Positions 54,559-64,000 of a DNA stretch of 64,000 nt are shown here, piece by piece. Numbering within the stretch: the stretch's first letter is position 1; each line of letters starts with the position of its first letter. The DNA is taken from contig JAQGDQ010000323.1 in the NCBI GenBank assembly GCA_030141605.1, positions 124,001-188,000 of the forward strand, in the 5' to 3' direction. The DNA is from Tubiluchus corallicola (lineage: Eukaryota > Animalia > Priapulida). A program made the position numbers and the translations under genes. The notes under the pieces were generated by a model that made no database searches, had not been told where the DNA came from, and worked only from the letters and a program-made list of their open reading frames with translations.

Positions 54559-55220
54559 ACTCGCTACCAATGCCAGGAGTTATCTATTCTTCCTGAAAAT
54601 GTATTTTTAACTCCACTAGACCTTCCTTTTCATACAAGTAGCAGAAGGCTAGTAAAACTATCTTGTAGTATTTTATTAGGACAAGGTAACTTTAAAGATT
54701 TTCTTTTTAAAATTGGATACATACACGAAAATGCCTGTATATGCTCAGAGGAAGCACAAACAGTTGAACATTTGCTTTTTAATTGTACTTTGGTCGACGA
54801 AAATAAAAGATTAGCGCTCGCAAATAGCCTACAATTTCAAAATATTAGTAAAATTTATACCTCACGAGACAAAAACTTGCTAGTTGCTTTCTCTGAGTTA
54901 GTTTGTGATTCGTTTTTACAAACTTTAGTATAAAATATTGAACTTTTATATTATATCTGTCACTTTTATATTATACAGGTCGTTTTGTGTAAATTTGTGT
55001 AAATTGGTACTATTTGATTTTAGTTGTTGTTTTATTGGTATATTGATTTATTGGTATTTAAAAGTCTTGCGAATATAACAGCTATTTTATTTACAAAGTT
55101 TTTTTTAACCATACCCTGCAAATAGAGGGTCCCTGTATGTATTTTATGTAAATATTTGTAAATGCGTACAATTTTAAATTTTAAATAAAGAATTATAATA
55201 ATAATAATTATTATTATTAT
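54559..55220 (+). mobile_element. 5'-truncated non-LTR retrotransposon (ORF2 C-terminal zinc knuckle, 3'UTR, tail)
   Basis: LLGQGNFKDFLFKIG...CICSEEAQTVEHLLFNC, stop at 54933, AATAAA, (ATA)n/(TTA)n tail, and candidate TSD tctctcttct at 54549-54558 and 55221-55230. Confidence 0.8.
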
Positions 55221-55474
<254 letters not shown>

Positions 55475-56711
55475 GTCGTTGTCTCACTCGCCTTTCCTTT
55501 CTGCTCAGTCATCAAGCAAACAGACAGTAATTACCTCTCTAATAGAGACTAACTATCTCTAATTCGAGAATCACGCCCTCAGCTAAACGGAAAGCATAGA
55601 AAACGAAGATGAATTAAACCTAAAACAAAAGAAAATTCTTTATAAGACAGAAGTACAATGTAATTTTGAAAAAAAACAATCTATTTTTTAGCAAGATTGT
55701 TTCTTTTGATGCGGCTTGCTAATGTAACTTATGAAAATCGATTTTATATTCGGCACGTATGTATCTCTCTTCGTCTTCTTATCTTGTTATTGATTATTAC
55801 GGAACCGTAGTCCATAATTTGTAAGCCGTTGAAGATAATCCTTCGTAACAGTAGAGGCGTCTTGGCCATGTTCGGATAAGAGCTTATTATTTCTCTCTCA
55901 ACAAGATAAATAAATACTCTAAACATTGTTTTTAACGTAGAAATCAAAAGGAAAATGGTTTTAAAATTGCCTCTTTCATTCGTATTTTTCCAACCAACAA
56001 TGTGCTGCTCTCTTGTGAAGAATATCAATAAAGCACAGATTATAGACGGATACTTGGCAAAATTAATGAAAAACCCTGCTTTTATTGTAAAAACAAAACA
56101 GAGATTTCGTTGTTCTTAAAACAAAAGCTGGATTTTTTTCGTTAATTCATCCATGTATTCGTCTATAATCTGCACTTTATTTACATTTTCAAAAATGGTT
56201 GCAAAATTCATTAAAATTTTGTAAAGAATTTCCTCTTATTTTATGTTTAATTCGCCATCGTTTTTATGCTTTCTGCTTTTACTTGCTGTCGTGCATTGCA
56301 GCGCAGTGCACTACAGTACGGTAAGGTATGCTGTGGCTCGGTATAGTACGGTACAGTACAGAACGTCACAGTACAGTGCAGGACAGCACAGCACAGCTTG
56401 CGTGAGCTTAATCATCTTTCTATGGCAGGTGCTTTTCTCGGTAATGTTATTCAAATGTCGCATACAGGAGTCACATAATCCTAATTTGCATGTGTAGCTT
56501 TTGCTAGGTAGAAAAAACAGCTGCATAATACGTTTCTGTACCAGACTCATAACTTTGTATTTTCCTCTTAAATCTTGTAACAAAAATTGAAAATTGGAAG
56601 TCTTTAAAATGTGCTAAAATCTGCTATATTTTCCCAGTTGGCTTATTCACTTGTGTGTGAATAACACACAAGTGAATAACGCTAACAGTTTGCTCCGATC
56701 TCACAAAGCAG

Positions 56712-57440
56712 TGTGCATGCAATATTGTGAAATTTTACCATTTAAATGCTTTACACAAAGTAGTAATATGCAATACTGCGAAATTTTGTCATTTAAAATG
56801 CTTTACAAAAGTAGTATGCACGCAATGCTGTGAAATTTTATCATTTAAAATGCTTTACACAATGTAGTATGCACGTAATATTGTGAAATTTTGTCATTTA
56901 AAATGCTTTACACAATGTAGTATGCACGTAATACTGTGAAATTTTGTCATTTAAAATGCTTTACACAAAGTAGTATGCGTGCAATACTGTGAAATTTTGT
57001 CATTTAAAATGCTTTACACAAAGTAGTATGCGTGCAATACTGTGAAATTTTGTCATTTAAAATGCTTTACACAAAGTAGTATGCACGCAATGCTGAGAGA
57101 TTTTATCATTTAAAATGCTTTACACAAAGTAGTATGCACGCAATTCTGTGAAATTTTGTCATTTAAAATGCTTTGCACAAAGTAATATGCATGCACTACT
57201 GTGAAATTTTATCATTTAAAATGCTTTACACAATGTAGTATGCACGTAATATTGTGAAATTTTGTCATTTAAAATGCTTTGCACAAAGTAGTATGCACGC
57301 AATTCTGTGAAATTTTGTCATTTAAAATGCTTTACACAAAGTAGTATGCACGTAATATTGTGAAATTTTGTCATTTAAAATGCTTTACACAAAGTAGTAT
57401 GTATGCAATACTGTGAAATTTTATCATTTAAAATGCTCCA
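56712..57440. repeat. 53-bp minisatellite, about 14 copies
   Basis: Unit gtatgcacgcaatactgtgaaattttgtcatttaaaatgctttacacaaagta; the gaaatttt anchor recurs every 53 nt (56885, 56938, 56991 ... 57415). Confidence 0.95.
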
Positions 57441-57959
57441 CATAAATTTGTGCTAAAATCTTGAGTGAAACTTGCACATACATGTCAGGAAATGTAGTTG
57501 GTAGCTTCCTGCACAGCAATGGGTAAACCTGTTTACATGATTAATCAACGACTTCGCAAAATCGTTTTTGTCCATAATTGGAATGAAACAGAAAATTCAT
57601 TACGATAATCAATAATATGTGATCGTTTTATAATATACTTTACCTTCTAGAGTGACTTGGTTTAGTTTGAATCACAGGAATACCCTTTTCTGTACCAATG
57701 TTTGTAAGCAGAAACCTAGATGAGGGTGTGAATATGATGTCATGCCACGTGATCAGTCACATGCTGACTTTTCGACTGGCGGTCTAAATGAAACATGTCT
57801 GCACCAACGTTTACTGCAGTGGCCGAAATATTTTATAAAAAATGGAGTAGTTTATTCGCATAAGATCATACTTAGGTGATATAATTTTTTAATGCGAGTT
57901 TTCTGAAACGTACTTTATGCTGCCCTTTCTTTGTCCTTTAAAAGATCGCCTTGAAATGA

Positions 57960-58270
57960 GTGCAGATAACATTGCGTAAAGTTTTTAAAAATAATCAGAA
58001 CATTCGTAGCGCACACGTCACTAACTAAGCAAAAGTTTAAATTGCAGTATCTGTAAATAAGATTAAAAATAGGCGTTTAGATTAGTTAGTGGTGCACCCT
58101 AGGAAGGTGAGTCAGTGACATTTTACGAATCGGTACGAACATTTTAAATTACTGAAAATTTTCTTTTTTACTTACATAAGGTTTTAGGGTGATAAACGTA
58201 ATGCTAAGTAAATTAACTTTGTATGGACATTTTTTGAGACATACTTTAAAATTACAATTTTCCCCCATGA
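57960..58270. mobile_element. Family A partial copy
   Basis: ataatcagaacattcgtagc...cactaactaagcaaaagt...tttttgagacatacttt matches 1555-1940. Confidence 0.7.
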
Positions 58271-58294
58271 ACAGGTTAAACTAAAGCAGGAAGG

Positions 58295-58604
58295 AACAAC
58301 AAGGAACATTGTTCTCTTAGTGAAAAGTCCTCATAATGGAACTTGAAAGCACACCTTCGCCATTCGCCTCAGTGATGGTTACCCAGCCGATCCTAAACTT
58401 AACAAGTTGAAAGCAACGTTTTTATTTTCATTTCGTATCAAATTATTGATTATAATCCACACAATGTCTGTGCCAAATTCGTATTGCTTGGTCTCATTGG
58501 ATTTGGAGATATAATGCAAAATGTTCATACGGTCAGACGGATGGCTACACGCATGACCACATTCACTTTTCGCACCACGAATGCTTTGTCTGGGCGAGTT
58601 AGAA
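58295..58604. mobile_element. Non-autonomous Helitron/Helentron-like element
   Basis: aacaagg start, tgtgccaaatt...ttggagatata...acggtcagacggatgg, end ggcgagttagaa; recalled layout of such elements. Confidence 0.45.
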
Positions 58605-59769
58605 TTACGTTAATAAAAGTTTCTGTACAGGAGGCTTTTGGGAATTGAGACCTGAAAGCCGAGACGCCATGATAAAAATCAAGCCGTACAAAGAAATTCG
58701 TTTAACTTGGTTTCTCAATGGTTTAGCTTCACAATGCCTTGGCCTACTAGACGAAAAGCCGATTATATGTAAACAGAAAGGCAGACTTTGCGTTCTGTTC
58801 TTACCCAAAGCCTTGAATGACTTAGTTATTAATCTTGTGTTGAGCCTTGCCTTGATTAATAGAGTTACAGGGGCTACACAACATTAGATGGGGTTTCCGT
58901 TATCATCTGAGTAACAGTTAAGGAAGACCGGACGCTTGTTTACACTCAGTCTCATTTTAATTTACTGACCAAAATATACATTTTCTTGCCTAGTCATTAA
59001 CATGAAAAGTTAACAATTGTTCCTTATATTTGAATAATTAGCTTAGAAAGTTAATTAACGGCAATCGAACACAGTTTTTGCTTACGTCAGAAACTAACCA
59101 CAGTTTGTGCAATGGCAGGCGTCTTCCCTTGCGCGTCAAGCACATTTGCATAGGTGTTACAGTACTGCTTAAACGCATGATGTCACGAAAAATGGGCTTT
59201 ACATCATATGACGTCATGAAACTAACACAGCAGTTCATGATCATGGTTATCACGGTACCGCCTTCTATTTGTCGGCCACGCGCACGTGACAAAAAGGCGC
59301 CTGTGCCAATCTTAGTAGATTCACTGAGCCGCGCGCAGCGTTGAAAGTTCAAGGAAATTTAAGTATCCGAGGTAATTATTATTTAATCTGAACTTTGATT
59401 TAAAATAAGCTATTGTAGTTTTCAATATTTTAGAGCATTCTTTTTTCTGAACTTGTGTTTACACAATCATCCGGTTTTCCTTCAACAAAAATTTAAATTA
59501 CTTTATATTATCAATGGCATCAGTAGTGTTTTTGATTTTTAGTGAATCAGTTGTCCACACCAGGTGGTGCATAAATAATCAAAATCTTTCTTTTCCATTT
59601 AGTTAAGTGTTTCAGACAGGTAAGCATAAAGCTATTAGTGATATAATTTTGTATACTTCTGATCTGTATTTGACCCAGAACAATGCATGTACAACAATGA
59701 TTAATATGGGATGGTTCAGAAAAAAAACTTCACTCAATTCAAAAGCTTTAATAAGCGCATAAATTTCTA

Positions 59770-59910
59770 TATCTTAATGTAAAGACACGGGCAGGCTTTA
59801 ACAAATGCAGATTTCAATGGCCTTCGTATTAGGGAACAGTATGTGGAACAGTTTACCAAATTAATGCAAAGACGCAAATACTTTCAAAGATTTTTTGAAA
59901 GAACTAAGGG
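59770..59910 (+). mobile_element. Decayed L2/CR1-type LINE 3' fragment
   Basis: Degenerate translation ...MWNSLPN*CKDANTFKDF, the WNxLP motif of L2/CR1 ORF2 ends. Confidence 0.45.
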
Positions 59911-61649
59911 ATGGTGGAACTTGTTTATGTAAATTCTGTAAGCTCTAATTAAATATGCTTTATTATTTCATGTGAAACCAGTGTTAATGTTTAATAATTA
60001 ATTTTTACATGAATTCAGGTTTGGCCTACCAGTATTGTCTAGTCTGACTGTTCATGTTAATGTGTATTTAACCATATATTTATGTAGGGATGGAGGTTTT
60101 TAACTTAATTATAGTCGATAAAGAACGTTATGACTCGTGTTTTTATGTAAATAATTTATTAATAAATAATTAATTAATAAATAATTACATAATGACTACT
60201 GAAAATGAATTTTTACTTGCTGTTACAGTCAATATTGTAATCTTAATTTTAAAGTTATTAGTAATGATATTATTATCAATGACAAAGCTTGCATACAGCC
60301 TGGATTTGAACCAGGAACCATTAGACCACTGGGGCTCTGTATTTTACAGTGGTCAAACTGATACAAAGCTCATCCCTCTATCGCTGACCAATGGAATTCA
60401 GCATTTCCAATGTTAGATCGCTCCCGCTAGAGTTATTCTGGGTAACTGCTGTCTGACAAGTCCCTTTCTTTCTTTTTCCTTGTTTTTTAACTGTGGGATT
60501 TTTTTCATTCATTGACGCTATTCTTATCATTAACAATTATTGAGTGTTTTTTAGCATACCCTGAAAACGTGTGCTTCATTCCAGATGGCAGAGAAATAAT
60601 CTGGATGAAACATGGCGGGACTATCGAAGTTGCAGCAAGCTGATAATTAACCTAGATTTTTACCAAAATTTGCATGAATGTGTGCTATGTTTTGTATGTA
60701 TCTAATTGTCCAATCTAACTACCTCCTCGTGGACAGACTGCCATCATAAGGAGCTATCAGTAATGAAACACAACATCTGATACGTCTCCTTCTTCCGAGA
60801 GGAGTTGCTCTTTCGAATGTCATCAGACATCACTTATTCCTCTTTAAATTAATCTCTTCTAGTCGCTTCTTATGGGACAGAAACGGACGAGATTGGAGCT
60901 GCTACTGGGGTAGTATTTGTCAGATTTGGCCATTTTTGTGAAGAGTTACAGATTTTAAATTCTTTTGCAACTGATGTTGATATTTGTTACCCAAAAAATT
61001 GAAAATTCAAAGCAAGGTCTTTTTGACAGTTGACGAGTGATAATGATGATGATGACGACGACGATGATGATTATAATAACGTAAAAAATATTTTACCTTT
61101 TATTTTCTCGTCAAGAAAACAATAGTTGCAGACCGGCAGCTGTACCAAGAGCAGCAACACCAATAAAGTAGATTCTTGTGGCGGGACCGGAAATTTACAC
61201 TTTATTAAGTATAATCCTCTAAAATAAAATGCGAACCAGGTAACGATGTCTTAACTTTGTTCAGTTACCTTTAAACCTTTTTTCATCAAAAGAAGTGCCG
61301 GGGGTGTACGAGTTCTTGATGACCATCCAACTGCTAACCAGGACTGGTGTTGTTTAACTTCTAGGCCGAACTGTGATCGCTCAGCTAAACTTTTGTTTAT
61401 AAATGAAATGGAATTACGCTTTACACAGTAATCGTAAGAGAGCCACTAGCAGAATGCGCCATTAGCATGCTTGATTTTGGAATGATTCTTCATTAATTGC
61501 AGACACAATATAAGCTATAATGAACGAGAATGCGCACGCGCAGAAGTTCATCGTGCTCAGGACTTCTGGGATCAATGATATTAATCTTCCGTAATTGGGA
61601 CATACGTGCGTGTGCACAGCTGCATTGCTCAGATAGGAAATCATGTTAA

Positions 61650-62390
61650 CTTTAACGATACGCGTCGACAATTATCGAATTATGGTATCGATATGAAAAG
61701 TTTGTTTTTATTCTTATCGTATCGATATTATTCTAGAAATATAGCTATCGTATCGAATTTGTTGCGTATCACTGCTTATCGGTCACCATTATAAAATCAT
61801 TTCACACTATTTTTTCATTTATGCACAGCAATTACGTAAAAATTAAAAAAGAGAGTTATTTATAAGATAGTTTATGTAATAATCTTCTTGCTTTTTCTTC
61901 CTGCAATAGGGACTGTCTTCAGTCGGTTTAAGCCTCGCGAATGCCAAGTGACGTTTTTAAAGGCATTTTTGCCAGTTACGTACAGGCAGTACAATTCACG
62001 TAAATAAATGTATTATGTAGTAATGTATCTACACGTAACATATTTGCCTGTCACAACTCACATATTAATATTATTTTTGACTAAACAATGAGAAACCTTG
62101 TCGTAAATTAACCTATGTGCAGTTCACTAAATAAATATATTATGTAGTAATAAATCTATACATAATATACTTGTCTGTCGCAGCTCACATATTCATATTA
62201 TTTATGACTAAACAAGGGTAACCTAGTCATAGGTTACATGCATCTATGCATTAATCAGGAAACAGTCTGCAGAAATACAATGTTCCAATTGCTGGCTGCT
62301 TGCACAATAACTAGCAACATGTTCAGTATCGTTTCTATCGTCGAAATAATTTATCGTATCGTATAATTTGAAAACGTATCAAGAAAACGA
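61650..62390. mobile_element. Probable non-autonomous DNA transposon with TATCG subterminal motifs and an internal 127-bp tandem duplication
   Basis: tatcga/tatcgt clusters at 61655-61760 and 62325-62365; duplicate units start at 62001 and 62128. Confidence 0.5.
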
Positions 62391-62412
62391 AATTATTTTT
62401 CTCGTTATAAAC

Positions 62413-62505
62413 ATGGTTAAAATATGTCAATGGGGCTTATGCAACTCTGGCAACGATATGAGGATCGTCTACGGAATGGAACAATCAAATTTATTGCATT
62501 CTCGC
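62413..62505 (+). pseudogene. THAP-domain N-terminus remnant (transposon-derived)
   Basis: MVKICQWGLCNS, then after a frameshift RYEDRLRNGTIKFIAF; fits the THAP start M-x3-C-x4-C-x(n)-F-x2-FP. Confidence 0.5.
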
Positions 62506-63532
62506 TTTTTAATAAAAAGTTGGAATAATGTTTCAATTTTTACAAGTATTTGAATATTTACAACTGTTTTTCGTATCTTTGCATGTGATATATCATGATA
62601 GAAGTATGATTAGTTGATTACAAGTAATGTTGTTTGAGACATGTGATTCACATTTTTTGAGACGTAATGTTTTTTGAGACATATTGTTGATTGAATTTTT
62701 CCGCATCTATGCAGTAGAAAGCGCAAATTAATGCTTATTGCTTGGATATTTTTCATTGCAGATATTTTTCTGAATTGATATTTTTTGATTAGTTTGATGC
62801 TTTTTTCATATTCATTATGTATAAATTTCTGAGTGGTTTCTTTATGTAATTTGTGTAATATCTTTTTCATTTTTGTTATATACATTCCATAAATTCTTTG
62901 TGCTGTACATATCTGTAAATATATGCATATATTTATTGTGTAAATTTGCATTGGTATATCTGCCTATGTAATTATTATTACTGTTAACATTCATATTTAT
63001 TTTCGATATTTTTCGAGTAGCAATTTTGAGTAGTAGCTTTCAATATTTTTTCAAATGCCAAATGTATTGTAATAAACAATTTTTGTATTTAAACAAATCA
63101 GATATTTTTATTCTGTTTGTATACTGTATTGTATAAATGATGTTTAAAGTAAATGCATAATTACAGGACAAACGTTCTATTAACGAGAACACAGCATTTT
63201 AACAACGCATTTAATAACACACCACAAGCAGTTACTGAGTCAGCTTTTTATAAGATCCATATTATTAAAAAGCGAGCAATTATTACATATTTATGGTTAA
63301 AACATTTGAAGGCCTAAAAGCGATAATAAAAAAGTAAACGACGACTAGGTATTGTTGTTAAAATGGGTGGGTGGGTTGGTTTTTTTTCTGTATGGTTCAT
63401 TTTAATTACGATACCCGGACATTATAGAACATATTTCACTACAACAATATTTTGCGTGGTTTCAATTGTAATTGTCTTGGTGATGTTCGCACAAGCTGGT
63501 AAAACGACACTGGTTAGCTGTCCCGGTGTACA

Positions 63533-63665
63533 CTAGAGAGCGCGGACCCAGAATTTTTAAGTCCGCAACTCCGCGGGTCCGCAGAAGAATGGGCCCGCGC
63601 ATCCGCAAATTCCGCGGCCGTATAAAATCATCAGATCCGCGATCCGCAAGGTCCGCAATAGTAAC
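63533..63665. mobile_element. DNA-transposon end with TCCGC subterminal repeats
   Basis: tagagagcgcggac followed by many tccgc motifs in a GC-rich patch. Confidence 0.45.
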
Positions 63666-64000
63666 AAATCATTGTCAGATGCTAAACTTTAAATGTATGT
63701 GTCCTATCATGAAACCAGGCCAGAGAGGCTTTAAGTAAACTAGCTGAAGTTTGGCCAGCACATTTTATAAATTTTTACTAGCACTACAAATTATTATTGG
63801 TGCAATGAAATTAAAAATAATAATGATAAGAAATTAAAGTTGACCTAGTGACAACTAGGATCTGTACGCTACACTCCTGTCATTTACAACTTATGTAGCA
63901 ATAAACAATTGTCTCTATACTAGAGATGAGTAATTCTATTACTTGTAACTCGAACATCAATCATAACATCGTGTCACCGTCATCATTTCAATGCATTGTT

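Noticed and set aside
56712-57440. 53-bp array as CRISPR
   Set aside because: Variation is limited to point substitutions; it is a minisatellite.

Overview
AT-rich, intron-rich animal (invertebrate bilaterian-type) genomic DNA, not prokaryotic. Manual splicing gives these genes in order: HEATR6 (minus, runs off the left edge), head-to-head with COQ5 (plus, 8 exons); a complete 3-exon Ly6/three-finger (quiver/sleepless-like) GPI-anchored protein gene nested antisense in COQ5 intron 4, absent from the ORF track; dynein light chain LC8 (minus), head-to-head with an SRSF1/SRSF9-type SR splicing factor (plus); a CYP2-like cytochrome P450 (minus); a C2H2 zinc-finger gene with a truncated tandem copy; and an aminergic-type GPCR with an uninterrupted CDS (minus). 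COQ5-DYNLL-SRSF has the order and orientation recalled for human 12q24, suggesting ancient microsynteny. Downstream of SRSF is a GGA-rich tandem pair of conserved hairpins, a candidate autoregulatory RNA element. The rest is non-autonomous DNA transposons (TTAA-flanked Kolobok-like, hAT-like, Helitron-like), LINE/SINE remnants and satellites. All exon boundaries and family assignments were read by eye; no database search was run.
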